Shown here: one piece after another, positions 1-10,817 of the stretch
How the letters are laid out: every line of letters begins with the position of its first letter
How positions within the stretch are numbered: the stretch's first letter is position 1
Assembly (NCBI GenBank): GCA_963736655.1
Contig: CAVTPM010000005.1
Coordinates: 517,295 to 581,294, forward strand
DNA from: an uncultured Actinomycetota bacterium
GTDB lineage: Bacteria > Actinomycetota > Actinomycetes > DATJPE01
Length of the DNA stretch: 64,000 bases
Reading direction: 5' to 3'
The notes under the pieces: model-generated
What the model was told of the DNA's origin: nothing
Database searches by the model: none
What the model saw: only the letters and a program-made list of their open reading frames with translations
Made by a program: the position numbers and the translations under genes

Positions 1-2
1 TG

Positions 3-89
3 GTCGCCGTGGCGGGTTTCGTCGACCCGCGCATGCTGGTCGAGGTCGAGGTCGTGGCCGCCCGCCCCTCACCGTCCGCGACCGGGTAA
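3..89 (+). CDS. C-terminal fragment of a gene entering from the left edge (possibly RidA/YjgF-like; weak)
   Basis: The frame is open from the window edge to TAA 87-89. The tail VAVAGFVDPRMLVEVEVVAARPSPSATG resembles RidA-type C-termini, but only 28 aa are visible. Confidence 0.25.
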   Translation, partial: VAVAGFVDPRMLVEVEVVAARPSPSATG

Positions 90-185
90 CACGTCCGGGT
101 CCTCCTGACAGAAAGCCCTCCCGTCGGAACCTGGGCGTGGGAAGGTCAGCCCCTCACGGGCCGAGGACCGACCTCCGGAGGGGCC

Positions 186-1727
186 ATGCGCGGACGAGTG
201 AACCTGCGGAGCCGGCTGTTGATCGGTGCGGCGATCCTCGGGTTGGCCAGCACGGCCACCCTGGCTGGCCAGGCCGTCGGATCAGGGACCGGTCCGCCCG
301 CGGCCGCGCATCAGGAGCTGGGCCCCACGACGGTGAACGTGATGACGTTCAACATCTGGCTCGGCGGTGGCCTGGTCGACTTCTCCAAGGTCATCGAGGT
401 CATCAAGACCTCTGAGGCCGACATCGTGGGTCTGCAGGAGGCAGCGGGGCGTACGACGGAGATCGCGGAGCGTCTCGGGTGGTACGCCGAGCCCAGGATG
501 CACGTGATCTCGCGGTACCCCATCATCGCCCCGCCCGAGGGCAAGGGTGCGTACGTCTACGTGCAGATCGCGCCCGGCCAGGTGATGGCGGTCGCGAACG
601 TCCATCTCCCGTCCTCGCCGTACGGCCCGGAGCTCGTTCGGGACGGCAGCACGCTGGCCGACGTTCTCGCCAATGAGCGGGAGACGCGAGTGTCCGCGCT
701 GAAGCCGCTGCTGCCCGTGTGGAAGCGGCTGATCGACAGTGGTACGCCGCTGGTCCTGACCGGCGACTTCAACGCGCCGTCGCACCTGGACTGGACGCCG
801 GCGACGGTAGGGTCCCTGCCTCACATGTTGTACCCGGTGCCCTGGCCGGTCAGCCTCGCCGTGGAGCGGATCGGGCTCGTCGACACCTTCCGGTCAGCCA
901 ACCCCGACCCCGTGGCCGACCCGGGACGGACCTGGACCTACGGTTACCCCTATCCCAGGATCAGGCCGGACGAGGTGGTCGACCGGATCGACCTGGTCTT
1001 CGCCTCCCAGGGCAGCACCGTCAAGGACAGCCGCGTGGTCGGCCAACCCGGGACCCCCGATGTGGACCTGAGCGTCGACCCCTACCCGTCCGACCACCGG
1101 GCCGTGGTGTCCACGCTCGAGGTCACGCCCGTCGAACCTCCGTTGTTCGTCGCCGTCGAGAAGGCCCGGGTGGAGCGCGGGGAGGCCTTCGGAGTGCGCT
1201 ACCACGCCCCGCGCGGTGAGGACGTGGACCGCCTGGTCGTCGTGCGGTCGGGCCGATCAGCCGCCGGTGGCGCCGGGATCATGTGGCTGCCTCCGATGGA
1301 GGCCAGCTTCTACGGTCAGGTGCTCTTCGGCAGCGGCAACCTGAAGCCCGGAGCCTACGACGTGGTGCTCCTGACCAAGAAGGACAAGGAGGTCTCACGC
1401 TCGGGCTTCTGGGTGGTCGGGGCTGGTGCCCGGCCGTCGGTCGCTGTGCCACGGACGATCCAACAGGGGCGGCCGATCACCTTGTCGTGGAAGTCGGCCC
1501 CCGCTGAGCGCTTCGACTGGGTCGCGATCTACCCGGCCGGTGAGCTCGACCTCTACAACGCCTACCTCGCCTTCGCCTACACCGAGGCCACGGTGGACGG
1601 CGCGTACACCTTCGGTCGTGCCGACCTCGGCAAGAAGCTGCTGCCGCCGGGCGACTACGTCGCGATGCTCGTGAGCGACGACCACTACATGGTCCTCGAC
1701 TCGCAGCGGTTCACCGTGACCCGGTGA
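186..1727 (+). CDS. Secreted endonuclease/exonuclease/phosphatase (EEP) family protein with extra C-terminal domain
   Basis: 513-aa ORF with a signal-peptide-like N-terminus ([30 protein letters not shown]). EEP motifs are present: NIWLGG, DIVGLQE, LTGDFN, SDHRAV. About 200 aa of C-terminal domain have unknown function. Confidence 0.8.
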   Translation: MRGRVNLRSRLLIGAAILGLASTATLAGQAVGSGTGPPAAAHQELGPTTVNVMTFNIWLGGGLVDFSKVIEVIKTSEADIVGLQEAAGRTTEIAERLGWYAEPRMHVISRYPIIAPPEGKGAYVYVQIAPGQVMAVANVHLPSSPYGPELVRDGSTLADVLANERETRVSALKPLLPVWKRLIDSGTPLVLTGDFNAPSHLDWTPATVGSLPHMLYPVPWPVSLAVERIGLVDTFRSANPDPVADPGRTWTYGYPYPRIRPDEVVDRIDLVFASQGSTVKDSRVVGQPGTPDVDLSVDPYPSDHRAVVSTLEVTPVEPPLFVAVEKARVERGEAFGVRYHAPRGEDVDRLVVVRSGRSAAGGAGIMWLPPMEASFYGQVLFGSGNLKPGAYDVVLLTKKDKEVSRSGFWVVGAGARPSVAVPRTIQQGRPITLSWKSAPAERFDWVAIYPAGELDLYNAYLAFAYTEATVDGAYTFGRADLGKKLLPPGDYVAMLVSDDHYMVLDSQRFTVTR

Positions 1728-1756
1728 CGCGCCAGTCCTGCTTCTCCGGGCTCTCG

Positions 1757-1762
1757 TAGGCT
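1757..1762 (+). promoter_or_regulatory. -10-like hexamer TAGGCT, 6 nt upstream of the hisF GTG (leaderless candidate)
   Basis: TANNNT-type hexamer in a 41-nt intergenic gap. No Shine-Dalgarno sequence lies between it and GTG 1769. Confidence 0.35.
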
Positions 1763-1768
1763 GGCCGA

Positions 1769-2539
1769 GTGTCCCTCTCCGTCCGCGTGATCCCGTGCCT
1801 GGACGTCGACGGCGGACGCGTCGTCAAGGGCGTCAACTTCGTCGACCTGCGTGACGCGGGTGACCCGGTCGAGCTGGCGAGGGCGTACGACGCCGAGGGC
1901 GCTGACGAGCTGGTCTTCCTCGACATCACCGCCAGCAGCGGCGACCGGTCGACCACCTACGACATCGTGTCGAAGACGGCCGAGGAGGTGTTCATCCCGC
2001 TGACGGTGGGGGGTGGCGTCCGGACCGTGGAGGACGTGGACCGGCTGCTGCGTGCCGGCGCGGACAAGGTCGGAGTCAACACGGCCGCGCTCGCTCGCCC
2101 GGCGCTGGTCGCGGAGATCGCGGACCGCTTCGGGGCGCAGGTGCTCGTGCTGTCCGTCGACGCCCGACGCTGCCCCGCGGGGACCACGACGGCAAGCGGG
2201 TTCGAGGTGACGACCCACGGCGGGCGGCGTGGCACGGGCGTCGACGCCGTCGAGTGGTCGGCGGAGGTGGCTCTGCTGGGGGCGGGCGAGATCTTGCTCA
2301 ACTCGATGGACGCCGACGGCACGAAGGACGGCTACGACCTCGAGCTGATCGCGGCTGTGCGCGCAGTCGCGCCGATCCCGGTCATCGCCAGCGGGGGAGC
2401 GGGGCGCGTCGAGGACTTCGCCCCGGCGGTGGCTGCCGGGGCGGATGCGGTGCTGGCGGCGAGCGTCTTCCACTTCGGCGAGCTGCGCATCGGTGACGTG
2501 AAGGCGGCGCTCTCGGTCGCCGGCTACCCCGTGCGCTGA
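1769..2539 (+). CDS. hisF: Imidazole glycerol phosphate synthase, cyclase subunit HisF
   Basis: 256 aa, intact. The N-terminus [56 protein letters not shown] is the canonical HisF pattern. Confidence 0.95.
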   Translation: MSLSVRVIPCLDVDGGRVVKGVNFVDLRDAGDPVELARAYDAEGADELVFLDITASSGDRSTTYDIVSKTAEEVFIPLTVGGGVRTVEDVDRLLRAGADKVGVNTAALARPALVAEIADRFGAQVLVLSVDARRCPAGTTTASGFEVTTHGGRRGTGVDAVEWSAEVALLGAGEILLNSMDADGTKDGYDLELIAAVRAVAPIPVIASGGAGRVEDFAPAVAAGADAVLAASVFHFGELRIGDVKAALSVAGYPVR

Positions 2540-2549
2540 TCCTGCGCGT

Positions 2550-3183
2550 TCAGACCTCGAACGAGCCGCCGGTGAAGGCCGCGACCGCCTCGGCGTCGCC
2601 CTGGATCTCGACCTGCGCGTGGTCCCCACGGCCGAAGCCCTGCAGGATCAGCTCGACCGGCTCGCCGACGAGCGTGACCATCGGGTCGCCCTCCTTGGCG
2701 ACGTACGCTCTCCCCTCCGGGGCGTTGCAGGGTGACGCCCGTCCTGGCCCTGCGGAACAGGAACTTCCCGCCCCCCTTCGTCAACCTTCTCCAGATCCCG
2801 TCCGCCACCTTGGGCGGCAGGTCCCGCGGCTCCCAGCCGGGCTGAGCCCGGCGGACGTCCTCGTGGTGCACGAGGTACTCGAACGCGTTAGCCCTCGCGT
2901 CGACGCCGGGCAGGTTGAAGAACGACAGGGTCGGAGGGCCGGAGCGGACGCTCTCGACCAGCTCGGTGTAGTCGCCGAGCGCCGCGCCGGCCTGCACCCG
3001 GTCGGTCCAGCCGGAGAGCGGAGGGATGACGATGCCGGCATTGGCGTCAGGGCGGCCCTCACGGATGACCAGGTGCGCCGTGAGGTCTCGGGTGGTCCAG
3101 CCCTCGCACAAGGTCGGTGCGTCGGGACCGACCGCGTCGAGGAGGTCGGACAGGGCGGCACGCTCGACGCTGGCAAGGCTCAT
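2550..3183 (-). CDS. TIGR03085/DinB-like (mycothiol-dependent maleylpyruvate-isomerase N-domain) family protein; frame disrupted as sequenced
   Basis: The N-terminus is [39 protein letters not shown]. The family-typical C-terminus [51 protein letters not shown] lies in another frame ending at 2550. The frame change is near 2710-2723. Confidence 0.7.
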
Positions 3184-3255
3184 GGGTCCACCCTAGGAAC
3201 CCTGCGCGGTCCCTGCCCGTCGGGGTCTCGCCACGTCGGCTGCCACAATCGATGC

Positions 3256-3606
3256 GTGTCCACCCTCGACCCTGCCCTCGCTGCGAGGCTCAAGCGCGAT
3301 CCGCTGGGCCTGGTCGTTGCGGTCGCCCAGCAGTGGGACACCCGCGAGGTGCTCATGGTGGGGTGGATGGACGACGAGGCCCTGCGACTGACCTTGACGT
3401 CCGGCCGCGCCACGTACTGGAGCCGGAGCCGCCAGGAGTACTGGCGCAAGGGCGACACCTCGGGTCACGTCCAGACCGTCCGCGAGGTGCGCCTCGACTG
3501 CGACGGGGACGCCCTCCTGGTGCTGGTCGACCAGACCGGCGGAGCGTGCCACACCGGCGACCGTTCGTGCTTCGACGCCGATCTCCTCCTGGCCGCGGAG
3601 GACTGA
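3256..3606 (+). CDS. hisI: Phosphoribosyl-AMP cyclohydrolase HisI
   Basis: 116 aa from GTG 3256: [42 protein letters not shown]...[25 protein letters not shown]. The rest of track ORF 2572..3606 is antisense to the previous gene. Confidence 0.9.
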   Translation: MSTLDPALAARLKRDPLGLVVAVAQQWDTREVLMVGWMDDEALRLTLTSGRATYWSRSRQEYWRKGDTSGHVQTVREVRLDCDGDALLVLVDQTGGACHTGDRSCFDADLLLAAED

Positions 3607-3669
3607 GCATGCGACGGCCGCCGCACCCGTTGAGGTGCAGCGGCCGTCGGAGCGTGCTGGGTGCGGCCG

Positions 3670-4557
3670 TCAGGCAGCGACCGGCTCGCCCTGGAGCTTG
3701 CGGTAGCCGTAGGTGAGCGCGAGCAGCGCGACCGGAGCAGCAACCAGGAGACCGATCCCGCACAGCAGCGCGCCCACGAAGTAGGCCGCGATGACGCCGA
3801 GGATCAGCAGAAGGACCGAGCCGGCGTTGCTCTTCACGAGATCGAAGCTCGCCTTGACCGACTCCCAGGCCCCGAGGTCCTTGTCGAGGACGAAGAACAG
3901 GTAGAAGGCCGTGAAGAAGGCGACGACCAGCGACCCGACGAAGCAGAACAGGTAACCGACCGCCGTGAGCGCGCCGACGATCAGGGCGGCGACGAGCACC
4001 GTCCCGAACTTCTCGAAGTTGAACATGTCACCGATCTCGAGCTTCTTCTCCCCGTCGGCGAGGATCAGGGCCCCACGGATGACCGCGGCCTGGAGGAACG
4101 CGAAGAGGACGAAGAACGCGAACGAAGCCAGCGCTTGGACGAACAAGCCGGCGAACAGGCCCGAACCGCCACTGGTGGTGATGACACCGGTTTCGGGGTT
4201 GACCGTGATGGAGGCGTCACTGAGGAAGAGACCGGCGAAGAGCGTGTACCAGATCACCTCGACGACGACGAGGATGACGAAGTAGACCAAGACCGCCAAC
4301 AGGATCGTCCCGACGTTCTCGGTGAACTTCTTCCAGCCCCAGGCGAACGCGTCACCGACGCTGAACGCGGCCGCCCCTGCGGGCGGACCCGCGGCGGGCG
4401 GTGGAGGCGGGGAGTACGCCGGCGGGGGAGGGGGTGGTGTCGCAGGGGGTGGGGGAGTCGCGGGCGGCTGCTGGGCAGCCGGGACGGCGGGCGGGGTCGG
4501 CTCGACCGGTTCGGGAGGGCCAACCGGCGGCGTGGGGTCGGACATCGTTTCCTCCAT
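3670..4557 (-). CDS. Multi-pass membrane protein with long Pro-rich N-terminal tail (DUF975-like; function unknown)
   Basis: 295 aa. The first ~60 aa are almost pure P/A/T (PPATPPPPATPPPPPPAYSPPPPPAAGPP), followed by about 5-6 hydrophobic helices. Third codon positions are G/C-rich. Confidence 0.7.
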   Translation of the reverse strand: MEETMSDPTPPVGPPEPVEPTPPAVPAAQQPPATPPPPATPPPPPPAYSPPPPPAAGPPAGAAAFSVGDAFAWGWKKFTENVGTILLAVLVYFVILVVVEVIWYTLFAGLFLSDASITVNPETGVITTSGGSGLFAGLFVQALASFAFFVLFAFLQAAVIRGALILADGEKKLEIGDMFNFEKFGTVLVAALIVGALTAVGYLFCFVGSLVVAFFTAFYLFFVLDKDLGAWESVKASFDLVKSNAGSVLLLILGVIAAYFVGALLCGIGLLVAAPVALLALTYGYRKLQGEPVAA

Positions 4558-4661
4558 CGTGGACGGGTCCGGGTCACCTTGACGGTATCGGTGCGCGGAC
4601 CTGAGTGGGGCGATCTTCGGGCCGTTGTGAGGCGAGCGTCGCGGTGCGGGACACTGGGCGC

Positions 4662-6185
4662 ATGTCCGCTGGTCACCCCTCCGGTGCTGTCGTCCCCGAC
4701 CTCGAGACCTTCCGCGCCCTCGCGCGTGACCGACGGGTGATCCCCGTCACCCGACGGCTGCTCGCGGACGGCGACACCCCGGTGGCGCTCTACGGCAAGC
4801 TGGCTGCCGAGCGCACGGGCACCTTCCTGCTCGAGTCCGCGGAGCACGGCCGCGTCTGGTCGCGCTACTCCTTCGTCGGGGTGCGGTCCGCGGCGACGCT
4901 GACCGAACGCGACGGCGTCGCGGTGTGGACCGGCGAGCCGCCGCTGGGCGTGCCGACCGGCGGCGACCCCTTGCACGCCCTGCGTGACACGGTGGCTCTG
5001 CTGCACACCGAGCGGCTGCCCGACCTGCCACCGCTGACCGGCGGGATGGTCGGGTTCGTCGCCTACGACGCCGTGCGACGGCTCGAGCGGCTCCCCGAGC
5101 TGGCCAAGGACGACCTCCACCTCCCTGACCTCGCCATGCTCTTCGCCACCGACCTCGCCGTCCTCGACCACGACGACGGAACCGTGCTGCTCATCGCCAA
5201 CGCGGTGAACTACGACGGGAGCGACGAGCGGGTCGACGATGCGTGGGCGGACGCCGTCGCGCGGCTCGACGTGATGACCGCCGACCTGGCCCGCCCGGCG
5301 CCGTCCCTGGCGGCCACGTGCGATCCCGGGGCCGAGGCCTCGTACACGAGCAACACCGAGCGCTCGGACTACCTGGCGGCAGTGGAGCGGGCCAAGGAGG
5401 AGATCCGCGCAGGGGAGGCCTTCCAGGTCGTCGTGGCCCAGCGTTTCGAGATGCCGACGCAAGCGAGCGCGCTCGACGTCTACCGGGTGCTGAGGCGCTC
5501 GAACCCCAGCCCCTACATGTACCTCCTGCGCCTCGACGGCTTCGACGTGGTCGGGTCGAGTCCCGAGGCGCTGGTCAAGGTCAATGACGGCCACGCCCTG
5601 CTGCACCCGATCGCAGGCACGCGCTGGCGAGGGGCGACGCCCGAGGAGGACGCCCGGCTCGGGGAGGAGCTGCTCGCCGACGAGAAGGAGCGCGCCGAGC
5701 ACCTCATGCTCGTGGACCTCGGGCGCAACGACCTCGGACGTGTGTGCGCGCCAGGGAGCGTCGAGGTCGTCGACTTCATGTCCGTGGAGCGCTACAGCCA
5801 CGTCATGCACATCGTGTCGACCGTGGTCGGCCGGCTCGACGAGGGGCGGACGGCGTACGACGTGCTGGCGGCCTGCTTCCCCGCGGGCACGCTCTCCGGC
5901 GCCCCCAAGCCGCGGGCCATGGAGATCATCGAGGAGCTCGAGCCCACCCGGCGTGGCCTGTACGGCGGGGCCGTGGGCTACCTCGACTTCGCCGGCGACC
6001 TCGACCTGGCGATCGCCATCCGCACGGCGCTGCTGCGCGACGGCACCGCGTACGTCCAGGCGGGCGGCGGGATCGTGGCCGACTCCGACCCGGAGGCCGA
6101 GGACGCCGAGTCACGCAACAAGGCCGCCGCCGTGCTTCGCGCGGTGGCCGTGGCCGGCTCGCTGCGGTCTCTCAACCCGTCGTGA
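4662..6185 (+). CDS. trpE: Anthranilate synthase component I
   Basis: Starts at ATG 4662 ([21 protein letters not shown]...). Motifs [46 protein letters not shown] and GGAVGYLDF are present. Intact. Confidence 0.95.
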   Translation: MSAGHPSGAVVPDLETFRALARDRRVIPVTRRLLADGDTPVALYGKLAAERTGTFLLESAEHGRVWSRYSFVGVRSAATLTERDGVAVWTGEPPLGVPTGGDPLHALRDTVALLHTERLPDLPPLTGGMVGFVAYDAVRRLERLPELAKDDLHLPDLAMLFATDLAVLDHDDGTVLLIANAVNYDGSDERVDDAWADAVARLDVMTADLARPAPSLAATCDPGAEASYTSNTERSDYLAAVERAKEEIRAGEAFQVVVAQRFEMPTQASALDVYRVLRRSNPSPYMYLLRLDGFDVVGSSPEALVKVNDGHALLHPIAGTRWRGATPEEDARLGEELLADEKERAEHLMLVDLGRNDLGRVCAPGSVEVVDFMSVERYSHVMHIVSTVVGRLDEGRTAYDVLAACFPAGTLSGAPKPRAMEIIEELEPTRRGLYGGAVGYLDFAGDLDLAIAIRTALLRDGTAYVQAGGGIVADSDPEAEDAESRNKAAAVLRAVAVAGSLRSLNPS

Positions 6186-6751
6186 CGCGGCTGCGCAGCC
6201 GTCGGGCCGTCCTCGCGCTGGGCGTGGCCGGCTGCGCGACGACCTTGCTGACCATGTCCCTCACCTGGGGACGCATCGAGACGTCGGGGCCGACGAGCAC
6301 GAACCCCGCACTGGTGCTCACCGGGCGCGAGGCTGCTCCGGGAGGCTTCGCTCTGGCAGTGGCGGCGCTCGCGGGGTTCGGGGTCCTGCTCCTGGTGGGG
6401 GTGACCGGTCGCCGGGTGATCGGTGCGTTGCTCGTGCTGCTCGGAGCAGGAATCACCTTCGGCTGCGCCCGCGCCGCGATGGACCTGGACGCCCTCACCC
6501 GGGCAGGCGTCCTGGACGGCTCGTCGCTGCCTGCGCTCGACAGCGCCGCCCGAGCCTCGACCGTGCCCCTGTGGGCATGGGTGGCAGCGCTCGGTGGCCT
6601 GCTCGTCACCGTCGCGGGGGCGCTCGCGGTCCAGGGCAGTCAGGGCTGGCCGGTCCCTGGCGGGCGTTACGCGGGCGGACGGGGGACCGCGGCGGCGGCA
6701 GACCCCTGGCGCGCCCTGGACCAAGGCGTCGACCCGACGCTCGACGACTGA
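6182..6751 (+). CDS. Trp-biosynthesis-associated membrane protein (TIGR02234-like)
   Basis: GTG 6182 overlaps the trpE stop (GTGA). Four hydrophobic segments and a position directly after trpE are typical of actinobacteria. Confidence 0.7.
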   Translation: MTRLRSRRAVLALGVAGCATTLLTMSLTWGRIETSGPTSTNPALVLTGREAAPGGFALAVAALAGFGVLLLVGVTGRRVIGALLVLLGAGITFGCARAAMDLDALTRAGVLDGSSLPALDSAARASTVPLWAWVAALGGLLVTVAGALAVQGSQGWPVPGGRYAGGRGTAAAADPWRALDQGVDPTLDD

Positions 6752-6806
6752 CAGAATGGGCCGTGCCTGGCCGGATGCGGCCGACGGGTCGTACGGAGGA
6801 GAAGCG

Positions 6807-7049
6807 ATGAGCGACGCACCACACGACAACCACGGCTCAACGCCGGCTGCCTGGACCCTGGTGACCCTCGTGATGATCGGGTTCCTCGTCGGGTCCATCG
6901 CGGTGGTGCTGGCGAACCAGGCCCTGGTGCTCGTGGGTGTCGGCATCGTCGTGCTGGGGCTCGTCGTGGGCAAGGTCATGCAGATGATGGCCAGCGACCC
7001 GCAGGCCGAGAAGGCCGAGGAGAAGACCGGCTCATCCGCAGCCGGCTGA
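6807..7049 (+). CDS. Small HGxxPAAW-family membrane protein
   Basis: 80 aa from ATG 6807 with GGAGGA 7 nt upstream. It carries the motif HGSTPAAW followed by two TM helices. Confidence 0.7.
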   Translation: MSDAPHDNHGSTPAAWTLVTLVMIGFLVGSIAVVLANQALVLVGVGIVVLGLVVGKVMQMMASDPQAEKAEEKTGSSAAG

Positions 7050-7143
7050 GCCGGTCCCTGCGTCCATCGGGTTTCCCCTTTCCTGACCTGCCCCGAACAC
7101 GACGCTCACCTGTCGGCGCCCTGTCGCGTGCCACAGTGGTGAC

Positions 7144-7867
7144 GTGACCGAGGCGAGCGCGCGGCCCGCCCCTGCGGGCGTCGCCAGGGGCCTGGTCCTG
7201 GTCGTCGAGGACGAGCGACCGATCGCCGACCTCGTGCGCATGTATCTCACCCGCGAGGGGTTCGGGGTTCACGTCGAGTCCGACGGCCTCGCGGGACTCG
7301 TCAGCGGCGCGGACGCTGCACCCCGTGGCCATCGTGCTCGACGTGGGGCTGCCCGGGCTCGACGGCACCGAGGTGTGCCGGCGGCTCCGCGCCGAGGGCG
7401 ACTGGACGCCGGTGCTCTTCTGCACCGCACGAGACGACGAGGTCGACCGGGTGCTGGGTCTCGAGCTCGGAGCCGACGACTACGTGACGAAGCCGTTCAG
7501 CCCGCGTGAGCTGGTCGCGCGGGTCAAGTCCTGCGTGCGCAGGTCGCGCGGGCCGGAGGGGGAGCACAGGACGTACGTCGTCGGCTCGGTGACCGTGGAT
7601 CTGCCTCGCCGTCGGGTCGAAGTGGCCGGTGAGGAGGTCGACCTCACCGCGACGGAGTTCGCGTTGCTGGCTCACCTCGCCCGTCGACCGGGTCGAGTGT
7701 TCACCCGGGAGCAGCTGCTCTCCGAGGTGTGGGGCTACGAGGCCGCGGCCGGTACGCGCACCGTGGACGTGCACGTGGCCCAGCTGCGCGCCAAGCTCGG
7801 CGCGACGAGCCCGATCCGAACGGTGCGTGGTGTCGGCTACTCCGCCGAGGAGCCGAGGGATGGCTGA
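7144..7867 (+). CDS. OmpR/PhoB-family response regulator; frame disrupted as sequenced
   Basis: Receiver domain: LVLVVEDERPIADLV...VAIVLDVGLPGLDGTEVCRRLR...TARDDEVDRVLGLELGADDYVTKPF. Winged-helix domain: LTATEFALLAHLARRPGRVFTREQLL...RTVDVHVAQLRAKL. The frame change is near 7303-7310. Confidence 0.85.
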
Positions 7868-9282
7868 TCGAGCCGGAGCCGCGCCGCCGCGCCGCGGCAC
7901 CCTCGTCGGTCGCGTCACCGTGGTCACGACGGCCGTGGCCGTCGTCGCGGTGGTCATCACCGGGGTCGTGGCCATGAGCCTCATCCGGAGCGCGGCGGAG
8001 ACCCAGGCGCGACAGAGCCTCAGCCGGCAGGCGGACCTGATGGCCGCGACCATCGACCGCGGTGCTGACACCGGCACGGACCTCGGGGGTATGGGGGTGG
8101 ACATGATGGCCGGAGGTCAGCGACCAGCCCGGCTCGCCCAGGTCCTGCGGTCGCAGGACATCCGGGTCTTCGTCGTCCGGGCCAACGGGAAGGGCCCGGC
8201 AGCGTCGTTCCTGACGGCCGACGAGATCGCCACGCTGTCCGTCGGGAGGCTCGGTCTCCACGACGCGGGAGCTCGACGGCTCCCGCTGGCTCGTCGAGGC
8301 TCGATCGACGGCCGGCACCAACGACGTGGTCCTCGTGCAGCCGTCCTCGGTCGCCGGGGGAACAGCCGCCGACGCCCGGCGTCGGCTGCTGCTCCCGTTG
8401 CTCCTGGGCCTCGTCAGTGCGGTCGTGGCGGGCTGGCTGCTCGCGCGATGGCTGGCGCGGCCGATGCAGCAGGCCGCCGCCGCTGCCGACCGGCTGGCCT
8501 CGGGGGCGCGCGACGTCCGGCTCCCGGTGGAGGGACCAGCCGAGGTCGCGGACCTGTCCGCAGCGCTCAACCACCTCAGCGACGCGCTGGCCTCCTCCGA
8601 GGGGCGGGAGCGCGCCTTCCTGTTGTCGGTGTCGCACGAGCTGCGCACCCCGCTCACCGCGGTCCGGGGCTACGCCGAGGCACTGGCCGACGGAGTCGTC
8701 CCCGAGGAGGACGTCCGCCGCACCGGGGGAACGGTCCTCGCCGAGTCCCAGCGGCTGGACCGGCTGGTGAGCGACCTGCTCGACCTGGCGAGGCTCGGTG
8801 CCCAGGACTTCCGCGTCGACGCTGTGGACACCGACGTCGGCCGCCTGGTCGCCGAAGCCAGCGAGGTCTGGCGCGACCGGTGCGCAGCCGAAGGCGTTCG
8901 CCTGGTGCTCGAGATCTCTGAGGAGCCGCTCGACGTGGTCTCCGACCCCGGTCGGCTGCGCCAGATCGTCGACGGCTTGGCGGAGAACGCCTTACGCGTC
9001 ACCCCTGAGGGGCGCCCGGTCGTCTTCGCGGCTCGGCGCGAGGCTGACCGAGTGGTACTCGAGGTGCGTGACGGCGGCCCCGGGCTCACCGACGACGACC
9101 TCCAGGTGGCCTTCGAGCGTGGCGTCCTCTACGACCGCTATCGGGGGGTTCGGCGGGTCGGCACCGGCCTCGGGCTGGCCCTCGTCGCGGGGCTGGCCGA
9201 GCGGCTGGGCGGTCGCGCCGTGGCAGGTCACGCGATCGAGGGAGGAGCCCGATTCGCTGTCGAGCTCCCGCTCGCTCACTAG
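7860..9282 (+). CDS. Sensor histidine kinase (HAMP + HisKA + HATPase); frame disrupted as sequenced
   Basis: ATG 7860 overlaps the regulator stop. TM, HAMP, H-box (SHELRTPLTAV), N/G boxes (DGLAENALRV, RDGGPGL, GTGLGLALV) are present. The frame change is near 8238-8243. Confidence 0.85.
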
Positions 9283-9285
9283 GCT
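9280..9285 (+). promoter_or_regulatory. -10-like hexamer TAGGCT, 6 nt upstream of ATG 9292 (leaderless candidate)
   Basis: The hexamer overlaps the kinase stop codon. There is no SD before ATG 9292. Confidence 0.3.
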
Positions 9286-9291
9286 CGGAGC

Positions 9292-9789
9292 ATGACGGAC
9301 CCGACCTTGCCTCTCCCTGAGGGTGTGCCGGAGCCTGGCCCGCATCCGCAGCCGCTGCCGCAGTCCCAGCAGCCCGCGCCGCCGCCGGCGTTCGGCTACC
9401 CACCCCCGGGGTTCCGGGTACCCACCGCCGCCCCCGGGTACCCGCCGCCCCCCGGGTACGGCTACCCGCCCCAGGGGTACGGCTACCCCCCGGCCCCGCA
9501 GAATGCCGGCAAGGCGGTGGCCGTCCTGGTGCTCGGCATCGCCGGGCTCGTGCTGACCTGCTCGTACGGCATCGGGATCATCCCGGCGATCGTCGCGTTG
9601 GCGCTGGCGCCGGGTGCCAAGCGCGAGATCAGGGCCTCGGGCGGACAGGTCACCGGTGAGGGCCTCGTCAAGGCCGGGGTCATCTGCGCCTGGGTCGCGG
9701 TGGGACTCGGGCTGCTGGCTCTGGTCTTCCTCGGGATCGGGCTGCTCGTCGCGGTCCTCAGCAGCGGATCCTTCGAGTTCGGTCCCTAG
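9292..9789 (+). CDS. DUF4190-like small membrane protein with Pro/Gly/Tyr-rich N-terminal tail
   Basis: 165 aa. The tail is PPPGFRVPTAAPGYPPPPGYGYPPQGYGYPPAP. The core GKAVAVLVLGIAGLV...IVALALAPGAKREIRASGGQVTGEGLVKAG is typical of DUF4190. Confidence 0.75.
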   Translation: MTDPTLPLPEGVPEPGPHPQPLPQSQQPAPPPAFGYPPPGFRVPTAAPGYPPPPGYGYPPQGYGYPPAPQNAGKAVAVLVLGIAGLVLTCSYGIGIIPAIVALALAPGAKREIRASGGQVTGEGLVKAGVICAWVAVGLGLLALVFLGIGLLVAVLSSGSFEFGP

Positions 9790-9792
9790 GCG

Positions 9793-10212
9793 ATGTCGTC
9801 CTCGGTGCGGGCACCGGTACGGCGGCGCATGACTGCGCCGCTGCTGACCGGCGCTTCGGTGGCTGCGTCCTTCGCCCTCGTCGGCCTGGTCGATCCGCAC
9901 GAGCCCGGGCGCTACCCGATCTGCCCGACGCTGTCGGTGCTGGGGATCAACTGCCCGCTCTGCGGCGGCCTGCGGGCGGCGAACGACCTGACCCGCCTCG
10001 ACGTGGTCGGCGCCGCGGGCAGCAACCTGCTCGTGGTGCTGATGATCCCGGTCGCAGTGGTCCTCTGGGTCCTCTGGGTGCGGGACCGTGCACGCGGGTC
10101 GACCCGCGACCTGGTGCGCCTCTCCGACCGCCAGCTGTGGGTGGCCGGCGGCGTGCTCGTGCTGTTCATGCTCCTGCGCAACCTGCCGTTCGGGGCCGTG
10201 CTCGCTCCGTAG
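9793..10212 (+). CDS. DUF2752-like membrane protein (C-x9-C-x2-C motif)
   Basis: 139 aa, 4 nt after the previous gene. It carries HEPGRYPICPTLSVLGINCPLCGGLRAANDL plus several TM helices. Confidence 0.75.
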   Translation: MSSSVRAPVRRRMTAPLLTGASVAASFALVGLVDPHEPGRYPICPTLSVLGINCPLCGGLRAANDLTRLDVVGAAGSNLLVVLMIPVAVVLWVLWVRDRARGSTRDLVRLSDRQLWVAGGVLVLFMLLRNLPFGAVLAP

Positions 10213-10216
10213 CCGG

Positions 10217-10585
10217 TCAGCGACCCAGGAACCAGATCAGCTGTCCGATGCCGAGCACGAGGGCGACGCCCCCGATGATGACGCCCGCCAGGGCCAGTCC
10301 GTCGCCGCTCTGCGCCCCGTTGGACGCTGCGATCTCCTTGCGGGCCTGCAGGCCGAGGAAGACCGCCAGGCCGCCGAGGATGATGCCGCAGATGCAGAAG
10401 CCGACGATCCCCAGCACGAGCGAGGCGATGGCCTTGCCGCTCTGCTTCGGCCCGCTGACTGCTCCTGCGGCCGCGGCGTACACGCCGGGCGTGGCGCCTG
10501 GGAAGCCGTCGGGCGGTGGCGGGTACGCGGAGGGGGGAGGCGGCGGGTAGCCGCCGGCCCCGGGGGCGGCAGCGTAGGGATCCAC
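10217..10585 (-). CDS. DUF4190-like small membrane protein with Pro-rich tail (N-terminus possibly longer)
   Basis: 122 aa from GTG 10585: GGYPPPPPSAYPPPPDGFPG...GKAIASLVLGIVGFCICG...LGLQARKEIAASNGAQSGDGLALAG. The frame stays open upstream through a poly-Pro run. A GTG at 10692 in another frame could be the true start if one more indel is present. Confidence 0.7.
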   Translation of the reverse strand: MDPYAAAPGAGGYPPPPPSAYPPPPDGFPGATPGVYAAAAGAVSGPKQSGKAIASLVLGIVGFCICGIILGGLAVFLGLQARKEIAASNGAQSGDGLALAGVIIGGVALVLGIGQLIWFLGR

Positions 10586-10817
10586 CGGCGGAGGGGGAGG
10601 TGGCGGCGGAGGGACCGGCGATCCGCTCGTCGCGTCCGGAGCGCTGGGACTTCGGGCTCCTCCGAAGCGGGGCCGTCCGTGGGTGTGGTCACCGGTGCTT
10701 CTCCCGTCGTCGACGCACGACGCGCCCGCCTCCTGCGGGGGTCCGTGTGGCAGGGAGCCTAGTGCGCCAGATGGCTAGGCTCGCGGGAACGCTCGTATCC
10801 GCCGAGGAGAGGGACCG

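Noticed and set aside
2572-3606. 344-aa plus-strand ORF.
   Set aside because: Only the last 116 codons (from GTG 3256) are HisI. The rest is antisense to the DinB-like gene.
4558-4661. Trp-codon leader peptide or attenuator upstream of trpE.
   Set aside because: I found no short ORF with tandem TGG codons and no terminator/antiterminator pair in the 104-nt region.
4254-5810. 518-aa minus-strand ORF antisense to trpE. Similar long antisense ORFs occur at 12392..13933 (trpB), 19499..21166 (gltB), 27384..29516 (pyrB/pyrC), 43198..45195 (priA/def), 45310..47151 (fmt/rsmB) and 58453..60345 (aqpZ/infC).
   Set aside because: Their translations are Arg/Pro/Gly/Ala-rich with no recognisable motifs. 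They lie exactly opposite well-supported genes. Stop-poor alternative frames are expected at this G+C content.
9300-9480. Tandem-repeat-like DNA (ggctaccc / ccccggg units) that could be mistaken for a VNTR or CRISPR-like array.
   Set aside because: It is the coding sequence of the GYPPP low-complexity tail. There are no spacers or regular repeat periodicity.
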